Shown here: one piece after another, positions 9,601-18,931 of the stretch
Layout of the letters: every line of letters starts with the position of its first letter
Position numbering within the stretch: the first letter of the stretch is position 1
Assembly (NCBI GenBank): GCA_030753015.1
Contig: JASMDC010000011.1
Location: forward strand, 28,844 to 92,843
Source: Candidatus Undinarchaeales archaeon
GTDB lineage: Archaea; SpSt-1190; JASMDC01
Direction: 5' to 3'
DNA length: 64,000 nt
Program-made: the position numbers and the translations under genes
The notes under the pieces: generated by a model
Told to the model about the DNA's origin: nothing
Database searches by the model: none
What the model saw: the letters and a program-made list of their open reading frames with translations, nothing else

Positions 9601-10865
9601 ATGTTCTGGACCTCGGTCCGTTCGAGATCATCGATGGTGCGGCAGAGTGGACCGACGGCTACCTCCTCGTCCGCGGTCCCGGCCTGCTCCACTCAGGTTC
9701 CGACGAGGGGCTATTCCTCATGCACATCGATCTGGTCGGTGACCGGCTCTCGGCCAGGACCATCGGTCCGGCCGACGGCGCTACGGCCATGGCCCTCCAG
9801 CACCACCGGCTCCTCGTGCACTATGATTCAGGCGAGAGCGCACCCTTCCAGCGCATCCATCTCGTGAACGGATCCTACCTCCTGGAGCATACCGACCACC
9901 ACTTCGGTAACCTCACATCGGTGACGGCTGACGGCGACCGTTTCGTGCTGTGCGGCCCGGACGCTCTCACCATCATGCGGACCGGTGCCTCGGAGGGCGT
10001 GGGACATCTCCTGCTCGACAACGGGACCGCTGCATGTTCGGGATACGACTGGATGGTCTCCGTCGTACATGTCGGAGGAAGGCAGGTCCACGTCCACAAC
10101 GATACCTATCACCTGCCTCTGTGGTCCTCACCAGAGCTTGATGACGAGCCCACATCGGTGCTCCTCCATGACGGCCGTGTATACGCCGGTACGCCCCGAG
10201 GACGTCTGATGGCCTGGAACCTCACACGAGATCTGGGGGAGCGGACGCTGCCGGGGCACACTGGCCCCCTCCAGGTGCTCGCGGCCGATGACAGGTACAT
10301 CTACTCTGGCGGTGCGGACGGTGTGATAAAGGTCCGGGAGGCGGAGATCCTGTTCGGTCGCTTCACGCTCCGCGGCCACACTTCGCCGGTGCTGGGGATC
10401 GTCCCCCTCGACGACCGTGTCCTGTCCTTCGACAACGGTACTGTGCGCCTGTGGAAGCGTCCCTATCGTCCAGAACCGGTGGTCGTGACACCGACGATCC
10501 GGCCTAACGTGACAGTGGCCCCGAACGTCACACTCGTTCCGAACGTGACGCTCCAACCCTCCCCCACCAAACCCTCTGGCAACCTGTTCAAGATGGTGTA
10601 CGGCTCGTGCGGGGACGACGTGTGCGATACCGACGAGGACTCCGGGAACTGCTGTCGTGACTGCGGGTGCCCGCCGGGCCAGACGTGTACCGACGATGGA
10701 TGCATCATCGAGGACCGTTCGATATCGGTGGTCCCGAGCGAAGAGCCGAAGGTCGTGCTCGAGGAGCCGGACGACCCCATGGACTACGATGCGACCGATG
10801 TTGTGAAGATAGTCCTCGTGCTGGGTATCGGAGCTTCCGCCCTTGCGGCCTCGAAGCGGCCCTAA
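6666..10865 (+). CDS. Large secreted/membrane-anchored mosaic protein: LamG, PQQ beta-propeller repeats, Cys-rich segments, WD40-like region, C-terminal TM
   Basis: Signal peptide; HWTFDEG..IDDVRIY; repeated WKY..SSPAV..VYVGS; PNVT repeats; CGDDVCD..CC. Confidence 0.85.
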   Translation: MRGGRLVRRVLVVLLINVLIAILAHGAVDDGLIAHWTFDEGRGSTVNDHSEYGNHGTVDRATWTAGVSGDALSFNGESSSVRVLDSDSLDVTVGLTIAAWINAVAFFGEGDHNGNPIVTKWETTRNGVPIGQYHLSLYEGGNIIFRVAGDTELDELVAEQVVDVGGWSHIAASWDGRIMRLYVNGSVVAEKSSKVATIQNREYGGDDLKIGQDTGGWDPPGWYFHGAIDDVRIYGRALTADEVTDLHTIVERDAGMGPTMPSSLYDGLPPNGPLDLSTFVVHFGDDPTHPCTSWDNEVSPSRITLKCDHASAWWSAVALREVDVSDYSRMRLTGTITSSPAIERDYHSVLVVLPGRVTCEDGDRYSLCSLDGEPLQGVTDGVGWGRWDEAAIAYCNVRTNEADRECELDADVSGLDTVTIVYLFSDGWIIWSDLHGTLSDATIELVPEALDDKGSDWPMIQRNPARTGYTDDEVRPPLKLAWRYKTNEVVRSSPAVVNGTVYVGSFDNHVHAIDATTGESIWKYRTKDTIYSSPALSDGSLYIGSHDGYLYSLDAATGELNWKYQMGYFFNWDKVPGDDEGRFRDYFSGNRVVDWADRAKITKADDKMSITVTSDGDSITIYLNKERSEATITRKQPTGLSMWNFPVSVVNNETIVYYPNVAVTSSPVVYDDTVYINSVDYLYALDAGTGGLRWRYDSDHVLDEYPAIHDGLVFIPTTDGHVHAIDADTGVGMWKKRLGNSSITSVSVIRGIVYAGSKDHFIYALDAANGNQLWKFETGGKIHSAPAIDDERVFIGSDDGFVHALDASTGEERARYWIGIWVYSAPAVSGGTVYISSLDNSIYAVDIETEEQTWRYETGGRISSSPAVSNGMIYVGSDDEYLYAFRGCRPSEGCCSDADCEQDMTCTSRECLPRDCGELETCGNECVNPTAGRCCKDAWYPGAECCANDDCDAGTICVSGTCSRMSTFTPSTDSPWLLDVLDLGPFEIIDGAAEWTDGYLLVRGPGLLHSGSDEGLFLMHIDLVGDRLSARTIGPADGATAMALQHHRLLVHYDSGESAPFQRIHLVNGSYLLEHTDHHFGNLTSVTADGDRFVLCGPDALTIMRTGASEGVGHLLLDNGTAACSGYDWMVSVVHVGGRQVHVHNDTYHLPLWSSPELDDEPTSVLLHDGRVYAGTPRGRLMAWNLTRDLGERTLPGHTGPLQVLAADDRYIYSGGADGVIKVREAEILFGRFTLRGHTSPVLGIVPLDDRVLSFDNGTVRLWKRPYRPEPVVVTPTIRPNVTVAPNVTLVPNVTLQPSPTKPSGNLFKMVYGSCGDDVCDTDEDSGNCCRDCGCPPGQTCTDDGCIIEDRSISVVPSEEPKVVLEEPDDPMDYDATDVVKIVLVLGIGASALAASKRP

Positions 10866-10868
10866 CCA

Positions 10869-11327
10869 CTACACGAAGTCCAGATCGACCCATACACCGT
10901 GCTTTCGCAGGAGCTGGGCTGCCACGTCGGAGGCCAGGTCCGACACCTTGTCGAGGCCCTCTCGCACGTCCACCGGGAGGTCCTTGTCCTTGGACATGAT
11001 CGGATCGAACACGGCATTGATCATCTCGAACACGCCAGAGGCCCGGATGAGATAGTCCTTCTCCTTATCGGTTCCGGCCGACTCTCCCGCCTGGGCGAGG
11101 TAGAGGAAGCCCGTGGCGTTGAGCGCCAGCACGGTGCTGAACAGCGTGTAGGAGCCGTCCAGATCGAGCGTATCGTACACCTGCATCCGCGCCCGCTTGA
11201 TGAGAGAGAGCAGGTGCTCTTTCGCCGTCGCGTAGTCCTCATCCTCGGAGAGGATGACGACCGCCTTCTCCAGCTCCCCCATCATCCGGTGGAGCTTCTC
11301 AGCGTCAAGTGAGTCAAGTTCGCTCAT
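10869..11327 (-). CDS. Hypothetical alpha-helical protein
   Basis: AGGTGA SD before MSELDS; coding-like composition. Confidence 0.65.
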   Translation of the reverse strand: MSELDSLDAEKLHRMMGELEKAVVILSEDEDYATAKEHLLSLIKRARMQVYDTLDLDGSYTLFSTVLALNATGFLYLAQAGESAGTDKEKDYLIRASGVFEMINAVFDPIMSKDKDLPVDVREGLDKVSDLASDVAAQLLRKHGVWVDLDFV

Positions 11328-11341
11328 TATGATCACCTTGC

Positions 11342-11929
11342 TCAGAAGTCGGACGATGTCAGCATGGCCATGAGTGACTGGGACAGCCCCTGCCGCTCCT
11401 CCTTGCACATGTCACCCGAGCTCGTGAGCCTGCCCTGGTAGAGCTTGAACTGATCGATCCGGTCCTTGGCCTGGAGGAAGAACATGAGGCTGATGGACGT
11501 CTGGGAGAGGTCCTGGAGGGACGCGCCCAGCTCGTGGAGCATCTTGATGTCATTGGGATTGGCCTGGAACCGCTGGGTGAGCGTCCGCACGACACCGTGG
11601 AGGCGCTTGAGCTCGGTCTTCCACTCCTCCACGTTGTTCTCCGCTTTCATGTAGGCCTCGGCGTCGCCAACGAAGAAGTCCTCGACGACAGCTGCCTCGT
11701 CGGTGGTGAGGGCCTGGTCCTGGTTGAGCTTGGTGATAACGGTCTGCATTTGCTGCTGCTGAGCGGCCTGAACGAACTCGCGGACATCACCGAGGGCCTC
11801 GTCCGCGGCCACCCGTACGTTGCCGAGCTTGACGCTGTCGCCCGCCATGACGGCGTTGGGAAGTTCTTTGATGATGCTGGCAAGCTTGGGTTCGAGGTTC
11901 ATGTCGGACATGCCCTCTTTATCACCCAT
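11342..11929 (-). CDS. Hypothetical alpha-helical protein
   Basis: 195-aa ORF with genome-typical codon use; exact start uncertain. Confidence 0.65.
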   Translation of the reverse strand: MGDKEGMSDMNLEPKLASIIKELPNAVMAGDSVKLGNVRVAADEALGDVREFVQAAQQQQMQTVITKLNQDQALTTDEAAVVEDFFVGDAEAYMKAENNVEEWKTELKRLHGVVRTLTQRFQANPNDIKMLHELGASLQDLSQTSISLMFFLQAKDRIDQFKLYQGRLTSSGDMCKEERQGLSQSLMAMLTSSDF

Positions 11930-11966
11930 CAGATTAATGAAGATTTACCCGCCCGTGGCCCACGCC

Positions 11967-13220
11967 ATGGCACGGATCGCCGCCGACCTCATCATCACCA
12001 ACGCAGCGGAGCTGCTGATCGTCCCTGATGGGGGATGCCCCCGCACGGGTCCCGCGCAGGGGCACCTGGGCATCGTGCGCGACGGCGCCGTTGCGGTAGC
12101 GGACGGTCGCATCATCGGTATCGGAAGGACCCGGGACGTGCTCGGTGCCTTTTCAGGGGAGAAGCTCGATGCCAGCGGACGCGTGGTGATGCCCGGGTTC
12201 GTGGACCCGCACACGCACCTGGTGTTCGGTGGATCGCGCGAGCACGAGTACGTGATGAAGCTCGAGGGCAAGAGCTACATGGAGATCATGGAGGCCGGAG
12301 GCGGCATCTTCTCCACCGTGCGCGCGACCCGTGCTGCTTCCGAGGACGAGCTGGTCGCGCAGGCGCGCAGACGGCTCGACCGCATGCTCACCTGGGGGAC
12401 GACCACCGTCGAGGCCAAGAGCGGGTACGGGCTCACCGTGGAGGACGAGCTCAAGTGCCTTCGTGCTGCCCTCAGGCTCGGGAGGGAGCATCCCGCGGAC
12501 GTGGTGTCCACCTTCCTGGGGGCCCATGCGGTGCCCGAGGGGATGGATCCCGATGCCTACATCGACCTTCTTGTGCACGAGGCGGTCCCGAAGGTCGCCA
12601 CCGAGGGCCTGGCCGAGTTCTGCGACGTGTTCTGTGAGAAGGGCGTGTTCTCCGTGGACCAGTCCCGGCGACTGCTGAGCGCAGCGGCCGAAGCGGGTCT
12701 CGCGCCAAAGCTCCACGCCGACGAGCTCTCACAGCGGGGCGGTTCGGAGCTCGCAGCAGAGGTGGGTGCCGTGTCGGCCGACCACCTCCTCATGGCCTCG
12801 GACGCAGGGATACAGGCCATGGCGCGCGAAGATGTCATGGGCGTGCTCCTTCCGGGGACGCCGTTCGTGCTGAGGAGCGACTACCCGCGGGCCAGGTACA
12901 TGGTCGAGCAGGGACTTCCGCTGGCGCTCGCGACGGACCTCAATCCCAACTGCCTGACCGAGGGCATGCCGCTCATGGTGGCACTGGCGTGCGTCCAGAT
13001 GCGCATGCTGCCTGCCGAGGCCATCGTCGCCGCCACCCTCAACGCCGCGTACGCCATCAACCGGGCCGACGAGGTCGGGAGCCTCGACATCGGGAAGAAG
13101 GCTGACATTATTATCCTCGATGCCCCGAACCACATCCATCTCCCCTACCACTTCGGGGTCAACCTTGTGGACACGGTCATCAAGGAGGGTGTGGTCGTCC
13201 GCGAGGGGCAGACCGGGTAA
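11967..13220 (+). CDS. hutI: Imidazolonepropionase
   Basis: PGFVDPHTH, EAKSGYGL, DVFCEKG, HADEL, SADHL and ATDLNP motifs. Confidence 0.95.
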   Translation: MARIAADLIITNAAELLIVPDGGCPRTGPAQGHLGIVRDGAVAVADGRIIGIGRTRDVLGAFSGEKLDASGRVVMPGFVDPHTHLVFGGSREHEYVMKLEGKSYMEIMEAGGGIFSTVRATRAASEDELVAQARRRLDRMLTWGTTTVEAKSGYGLTVEDELKCLRAALRLGREHPADVVSTFLGAHAVPEGMDPDAYIDLLVHEAVPKVATEGLAEFCDVFCEKGVFSVDQSRRLLSAAAEAGLAPKLHADELSQRGGSELAAEVGAVSADHLLMASDAGIQAMAREDVMGVLLPGTPFVLRSDYPRARYMVEQGLPLALATDLNPNCLTEGMPLMVALACVQMRMLPAEAIVAATLNAAYAINRADEVGSLDIGKKADIIILDAPNHIHLPYHFGVNLVDTVIKEGVVVREGQTG

Positions 13221-13254
13221 CCTAACCGTGGTCCTGTAGCGAAGTGATATGATT

Positions 13255-13272
13255 TTGTATCAATTGATACAA
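13255..13272. promoter_or_regulatory. Perfect 18-bp palindrome TTGTATCAATTGATACAA upstream of an orphan gene
   Basis: Self-complementary; about 40 bp upstream of TATA-like CTTTATAT. Confidence 0.55.
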
Positions 13273-13361
13273 TTATGTGACGGTTGTGGGATTAAACGTG
13301 ACCCTTGGGAACCTTTATATGGGAGCTCATCGGCCCGTTGCCTCCATCGGGAGGACATGAC

Positions 13362-14189
13362 GTGCCGTACCTGGAGGTCGCATTGAATCCGGGAGATATC
13401 ATATCGGACCTCTACACGGACCCCCGGATCACAAATGCGGGTGATACCTTCCCAGAGACCACTCAGTACTCACTTAAGGCCGCCATCTCCCCTGAACCGT
13501 ACCAGAGCGGTGAGAGGCCCATCTCCTACGGTCTGACGGACGTGTACAGGATCGACGAGTACGGGACGTGCGATGTTCCGGACATGGACAGGTCCGTTTT
13601 CCAGGTAGAGGTCTGCCGACGGGTGACACGAGGTGACGACGGGCAGCCCGTGGTGCATGAGGAAGACGCGTACGCGGTCCTCTATCTCAACAGCCCGGAC
13701 GGGACGAAGGCGTCCGCCGTGCGGTCGGTCGTCGTTGGATCTCCTGGCTACCGCGATTACAAGGTCTCGCATCTCGACGGTGAGCTACCTAAAGGGTATA
13801 CGGAAGGGAACATGAAGGATGTCCTGACCGAGATGGATGTCGTCATCGACGACCGGGTCGACGGGTTCCTCAGCGATGTGCTGCCAGGGTACGCTTCCGC
13901 CGGGCTCGCGTGTGCGTGGGGCCGCCAAGCGACGACCGTCCTCGAATCCATCGCCTACCAGGTGGGCCCAGAAAGCGATCCTGACGCGCCGATCATCATC
14001 GAGAACTACCATGCCAAGCTCGATGTTGACGGTACCGATGATCCGTACTTCAACGTCGCCTTTAGAGTGCGGGAGGACGCGATCACCTCGGACTTCGGAT
14101 CGGGTGAATGGTATGCCCGACGACACGAGAAGATGAAGCCGGTCATCGGATGTGGGCCTGGCGACGCAACGCTCCTCCTCGAAGGGTAG
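13362..14189 (+). CDS. Acidic orphan protein
   Basis: GGAGG SD, GTG start, own TATA box. Confidence 0.65.
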   Translation: MPYLEVALNPGDIISDLYTDPRITNAGDTFPETTQYSLKAAISPEPYQSGERPISYGLTDVYRIDEYGTCDVPDMDRSVFQVEVCRRVTRGDDGQPVVHEEDAYAVLYLNSPDGTKASAVRSVVVGSPGYRDYKVSHLDGELPKGYTEGNMKDVLTEMDVVIDDRVDGFLSDVLPGYASAGLACAWGRQATTVLESIAYQVGPESDPDAPIIIENYHAKLDVDGTDDPYFNVAFRVREDAITSDFGSGEWYARRHEKMKPVIGCGPGDATLLLEG

Positions 14190-14310
14190 ATGCTGAACAT
14201 TCCAAACAATACCGTATAAATGATCCGGGTCACGTGAGGACAATCCGGATTCCGATTCCGCTCGTCGTAGGAACAACCTTTATTAACCCTGCCACGGTCT
14301 GACACGTTTC

Positions 14311-15042
14311 ATGGACGCTCTTGACCTCGAATCGGAAGGATATGCTGCTACCGAGTCGGCCGATGGTTACCGACAGACCAACGACCTCTCATCCTACAGT
14401 GTCGCTAGCGGTGTCGCCATGGCGGGCCTCATCATCGGGCTCGGCGTGCTCGCAGAAGAAGCGGAAGCGCGCGACTGGCGCAATTACGACGTTGGCCAGG
14501 ACGACAACGGGAACCTCCCCAACCAGCCTCAAGAGCCGCATTACCAGCCTCAGCCCGAGACCAATCATGTTCAAGAGCACGTCCACCAGCAGCCGAACAT
14601 CAACTACACTCAGGACTCTGACGGCGACGGTCTATCCGACTACAGGGAGGTCCACACTTATGGTACCAATCCCCGCATGTTCGACACCGATCGTGACGGT
14701 ATCAACGACGGGAGCGAGGTCAACTTCTACAGGAGCAATCCGCTCTCGAACGACACGGACGGCGACGGCCTCTGGGACGGGAAGGAGGTCTACCATGGGA
14801 CGAACCTCACGGACTGGGACACGGACAACGATGGATGGTCCGATGGTGACGAGGTGCGCTACGGCACCAATCCACGCAACTCCCGATCGCAACCCCGTGG
14901 AAACAACAGACCCCACTGGCGGGACCGCAATCGCGGCTGGCGCGATCACAACGGACGATACCGCCAACCGCACTATCCGCATCACAACGGCGGGGGACGG
15001 CTCATAATCAGGCTACCGCGGCTGAACTTCACCATCAGATGA
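14311..15042 (+). CDS. Exported protein with bacterial TSP3-like Ca-binding repeats (paralog 1)
   Basis: Hydrophobic helix plus AEA; four DxDxDG..D..E...GTNP repeats. Confidence 0.8.
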   Translation: MDALDLESEGYAATESADGYRQTNDLSSYSVASGVAMAGLIIGLGVLAEEAEARDWRNYDVGQDDNGNLPNQPQEPHYQPQPETNHVQEHVHQQPNINYTQDSDGDGLSDYREVHTYGTNPRMFDTDRDGINDGSEVNFYRSNPLSNDTDGDGLWDGKEVYHGTNLTDWDTDNDGWSDGDEVRYGTNPRNSRSQPRGNNRPHWRDRNRGWRDHNGRYRQPHYPHHNGGGRLIIRLPRLNFTIR

Positions 15043-15111
15043 GCTGATTTTCACTCAGCGGTGACAACAAAAGGAAAACTTTATTAACAGACCGGGGGCC
15101 GGAAATCCCTC

Positions 15112-15774
15112 ATGTATGGTCTTGACCTAGAAACCGATGGTATCGCGACCGCCGAGAAAACGGACGCCTACCATAAGACTGACGATCTCTCATCCTACGG
15201 TATGGCCGGCACGGCTATCGCTGCCGGTGCCATCGTGGGCGTGTTCGCTCTTGCAGAGACGGCCGAGGCCCAGGAGGGCTGGCGTGACAAGAGCGGCTCG
15301 TCCAACGGCAGCTGGCGTAACTACGATGTCAACGGTGGCGGTAACAACTACCAGGGCGGTAGTGATGTAGGCAGTAATGTCGGCAGTGGTATCGACACCG
15401 ACGGTGACGGTCTGAGCGACCATGCTGAGCTCAACACCTACGGTACTAATCCGCGCCTCATCGACACCGACCGTGACGGGATCAATGACGGGACAGAAGT
15501 GAAATTCTACGGTAGCAACCCACGGGACATCGATACCGATTGGGACGGTCTCGCAGATGGTAAGGAGGTCTACCACGGTACGAACCTCAAACACTGGGAC
15601 TCGGACGGTGATGGCTGGTCCGATGGCGACGAGGTGCACCGCGGCACCAACCCACGCAATTTCAGGTCGCACCCCGGCCCGCGATACCACCACCGCTGGA
15701 ACGGCCACCGTGGTCATCACAGTGGTGTGCGGATCCGTATCGGCCTGCCCCAGCTCAACATTTCCATCAGGTAG
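15112..15774 (+). CDS. Exported protein with bacterial TSP3-like Ca-binding repeats (paralog 2)
   Basis: Same architecture as 14311-15042. Confidence 0.8.
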   Translation: MYGLDLETDGIATAEKTDAYHKTDDLSSYGMAGTAIAAGAIVGVFALAETAEAQEGWRDKSGSSNGSWRNYDVNGGGNNYQGGSDVGSNVGSGIDTDGDGLSDHAELNTYGTNPRLIDTDRDGINDGTEVKFYGSNPRDIDTDWDGLADGKEVYHGTNLKHWDSDGDGWSDGDEVHRGTNPRNFRSHPGPRYHHRWNGHRGHHSGVRIRIGLPQLNISIR

Positions 15775-15807
15775 TGTAGCGCTCCCGAGTTCGACGGGAA
15801 CTCTTTG

Positions 15808-16095
15808 CTAGAGCGTCAGCGCCACGTCGAACCGTGAATAATCGCCAGTGGCCTCTTCCCAGGTGGTATGCACATCGTCCACCTTGGAGAGGCGCGGCCC
15901 CTGGTGTGCCCAGGAGATGAGGCGTTCGATCGCTCCACGGGGGCCTTCTACGATGATCTCAACGTCGCCGGTGCGTAGGTTGCGGACCAGGCCCGTGAGG
16001 CCGAGGTCGTCGGCGACATCGCATGCTGTGACCCGGAAGAAGACTCCCTGGACGAGGCCTGATACGATCACGTGGGCGCGCACGCATTCATCCAT
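15808..16095 (-). CDS. acyP: Acylphosphatase
   Basis: SGLVQGVFFR and GLVRNL motifs; GGAGGTGA SD. Confidence 0.93.
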   Translation of the reverse strand: MDECVRAHVIVSGLVQGVFFRVTACDVADDLGLTGLVRNLRTGDVEIIVEGPRGAIERLISWAHQGPRLSKVDDVHTTWEEATGDYSRFDVALTL

Positions 16096-16106
16096 GCGTT
16101 CACCTC

Positions 16107-16649
16107 CTAGACGGGGTGTGAGGGGTATATCGAGAACTCGCAGGCAGATTCTCCTCGCGCAGCACAGCGTCGCTCCAGGCACAGGAAGCGCTCGTGGTAG
16201 TGCCCTTCGAACACTCCTGCGAAGAGCCCGCGCAGGTAGTCGCAGACGGGTCGTTGTGACTCTCCTGCGTGCTCCAGGAACGATACGGCGAAGAACGAGT
16301 CCTCGACCCTGAGGATGCCCCCCTTGTGGCCTGTGTCCAGTGATACCACTGTCAGGGTACCGACGTTCGTCTCTGAGAGAAAGGAGCCTGCCTCGTCGAG
16401 GGACGCCTCGAGACCTTCGGTCACCAGTCTCAGGCCCATCTCCCTACCGGCGTCGAAGGCGATGGGGGACGAACCGCGACCCGCCATGCGCTGGAACATC
16501 CGCTCGATGCGAGCGATGAAGTCACCGGTAAGGACGGCGGAACGGATGCCCCGCACCCGGATGTTCCCGGGGGCGATGACTGTGTCGTTGTCGTCGGCCA
16601 TGATGTGTCCCATATCGGCGGCAGTTCCGTCCGTCCGATAGTGCGACAT
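16107..16649 (-). CDS. V4R (4-vinyl reductase) domain protein
   Basis: PVCDYLRG..E.RC.ARG...CEF motif. Confidence 0.85.
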   Translation of the reverse strand: MSHYRTDGTAADMGHIMADDNDTVIAPGNIRVRGIRSAVLTGDFIARIERMFQRMAGRGSSPIAFDAGREMGLRLVTEGLEASLDEAGSFLSETNVGTLTVVSLDTGHKGGILRVEDSFFAVSFLEHAGESQRPVCDYLRGLFAGVFEGHYHERFLCLERRCAARGESACEFSIYPSHPV

Positions 16650-16686
16650 CCTCTTTTATTAACGTTTTGTCGCGGCAACGACGAGC

Positions 16687-17616
16687 CTACGGACGCAGTC
16701 CGCAGCAGAGAGCAAGGAACAGCCCGGCGGCGGTTATGTCGGCGGTCGTGCCGGGATTGCGGCGGTTCCCGTCCCTGCGGAGTTCGTCATCGAGCGACCG
16801 GACCGCATGCCACCAGTCAACGGAGAGCGGTTCGAGCCCGGTCACGATCGACCTGGCGGCGAGCATGACCTCCCGGGCCACCTCGTCACCGCCCTTGCGC
16901 CGGATCAGCGAGTCGGGGCGCTCGGCGAGCAGCTCCATGTAGGCGAGCACCACAGCCTCAGGCTCCAACCTCTCGCGCTCGAGGAGGAGAGAGCAGCAAC
17001 GGCGGGACCGGGGAAAGCCCTCAACGAGCTCACGGGCCACGTCGTCCCGCGACACGGCCTCGCCGAAGGCGATGAGCGGAGTTACACCCTGGGATACCAC
17101 CTGCTCGGCAGCGTCTGATGCCGTGGCGTCCCAACGCTCCGTCCGGCCGAGCCCACCGGGACTGGCCGCAGCGATGGCGCGGTAGATCGCGCCAGTGTCC
17201 TCCGATGTCGCCTCGCGCATGAGCTCACCGGTGGCGCTGATGAGCCCCTCGAGGGTACGGTCGTCAAGTGCGAGCGTGCGCACTGCGCCCGCTGCCAGGG
17301 GGACGATGAGGAATATGGTGCCAAGGAGGGTGTTCCCCCCATGGTGCCACCGCCCGCCCTGGAGCACGGCCTCCTCCATCGCGAGCCCGAGACCGGCAGC
17401 GGAGGGCTCTCCGGTGGCACGGGACGCCAGCCTGTGGAGCGGTCCATGGAGCGCTGATGCAGAGGCCAGGAAGTGTGCGTGCGTGATGTCGGGGAAAGAG
17501 GCGACCGGCGACACGTTCCCCGGCTTGGGATGGGCACTGACCTCGATGGCAGGCGCCAGCAGGGCCGCAGTGATTGCATCGTCCGGTCCCTCGAGGATGA
17601 GGTCGGTCATCGTCAC
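16687..17616 (-). CDS. citG: Triphosphoribosyl-dephospho-CoA synthase, archaeal CitG-like
   Basis: PKPGNV, GNTLLG, DSLI.RKGG and NPGTTAD motifs. Confidence 0.88.
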   Translation of the reverse strand: MTMTDLILEGPDDAITAALLAPAIEVSAHPKPGNVSPVASFPDITHAHFLASASALHGPLHRLASRATGEPSAAGLGLAMEEAVLQGGRWHHGGNTLLGTIFLIVPLAAGAVRTLALDDRTLEGLISATGELMREATSEDTGAIYRAIAAASPGGLGRTERWDATASDAAEQVVSQGVTPLIAFGEAVSRDDVARELVEGFPRSRRCCSLLLERERLEPEAVVLAYMELLAERPDSLIRRKGGDEVAREVMLAARSIVTGLEPLSVDWWHAVRSLDDELRRDGNRRNPGTTADITAAGLFLALCCGLRP

Positions 17617-17725
17617 GGCCAGGGTAGGTGGGCCGGGGCTTAAAAAGATTGCGAGGACGGAGTAGAGGCAACAGGAAAGTATAAAAACAGACGAACGGGC
17701 CGTCGACCACTAGAAGGCTCACGCT

Positions 17726-18598
17726 ATGCTTCGAGACTATCCAGTCGAATCTGTGAGCAGCGCTCCGGGGACCGGGCGCCTGCTCTACGACCACCTCATG
17801 AAGCATATCCACGTCCCTGCCACCGCCAACCACGACATCTGGTATGCTGGTGAGGAGGCGAAACTGGCGGACCCTGATACATACTCCTTCCGCGGAGGGA
17901 CACCCTATGGTGAAACCCTTGAGCTCAGGACCCTGGCGGGACAGGACCTCGAGGAGGGCGATAACGTCGTCGCCACCGACCATGGTACCTTCCTCTATAC
18001 ATTCCCGACCAAAGAGGACTACACAGCCTCCGACGAGAATGAGGTACCCGTGTACGCCAGTGACCTCTCGACCGCTGCCCGCAAGGGGCTGAGCATCCCC
18101 GACACGGCCCGCGAGGAGGACAAGGTCTTCAATCCCAACTTCCGACCGTACGAGGAGCTTGACCCGTTCACCAAGTACAGCAACGAACTGGCGTCCCTCT
18201 CGCTCCCCAAGTCCCTCTCCAGCTGGTGGGCCGGCCTTCAGGGCAAGGTCAACTACTCCGAGGCCGATGTGCTCTCGTACCTCGACGCGTGCTTCGACAA
18301 CCTGAGCGGCCCGGAGATGACCCACCTCATGCATGGGAACAACATGGCATGGTCGGCCCTGGCCTACATCCGCGAGCGCGGTGCCATCGAGGGCGACCTG
18401 ATGAAGGAGTTCCACGCCCAGAACCCGACGGACTTCTACATCAAGGACCTGGGCACCCTTCTCCCTGCCATGTTCTACTCCCTGGCCATGCTAGGCAAGG
18501 ATCCGGTGGAGTACTACGAGCGACTGGACATCGAGATATGGGGCGCCAAGGAAGCGGCCGAGCACATGCAGGGGCTCATTCGGAAGCCAGTGGAGTAG
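17726..18598 (+). CDS. Acidic orphan protein
   Basis: 290-aa ORF with strong codon bias and an upstream TATA box. Confidence 0.7.
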   Translation: MLRDYPVESVSSAPGTGRLLYDHLMKHIHVPATANHDIWYAGEEAKLADPDTYSFRGGTPYGETLELRTLAGQDLEEGDNVVATDHGTFLYTFPTKEDYTASDENEVPVYASDLSTAARKGLSIPDTAREEDKVFNPNFRPYEELDPFTKYSNELASLSLPKSLSSWWAGLQGKVNYSEADVLSYLDACFDNLSGPEMTHLMHGNNMAWSALAYIRERGAIEGDLMKEFHAQNPTDFYIKDLGTLLPAMFYSLAMLGKDPVEYYERLDIEIWGAKEAAEHMQGLIRKPVE

Positions 18599-18603
18599 GA
18601 CGG

Positions 18604-18909
18604 TCAGTCCGCTTCGGCCGGTCCCTTGACATCAACGACCCGCACGATCTGTACCTTGACCTTGGTGAGCAGTGCGGCCAGGGCGCCCAGGATTATTATA
18701 TGGGGCGCGAAGATCGTCAATGCGCCGCCCATCGCCACCCCGCCGGTAAGTGGTACTTCGAGAAGCACGTCGTCAGAGGATCGTCGCACGATGAGCCGGC
18801 GCACGTTCCCCTTGTGCACGATGTCCTTGACACGGTCCACCAGCTCCCCGGCATCGAGCTCATACTCCTCGATGCGCTCCTTCTTCCGAGCATCAACTTT
18901 CTTCGTCAT
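18604..18909 (-). CDS. DUF4342-like protein
   Basis: LVDRVKDIVHKGNVRRLIV..LLEVPLT motif. Confidence 0.8.
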   Translation of the reverse strand: MTKKVDARKKERIEEYELDAGELVDRVKDIVHKGNVRRLIVRRSSDDVLLEVPLTGGVAMGGALTIFAPHIIILGALAALLTKVKVQIVRVVDVKGPAEAD

Positions 18910-18931
18910 TTCGGCACACCTGTCCTGTACG

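Noticed and set aside
11967-13220. hutI without other hut genes
   Set aside because: Dispersed hut genes are plausible, and the rest of the genome is not visible
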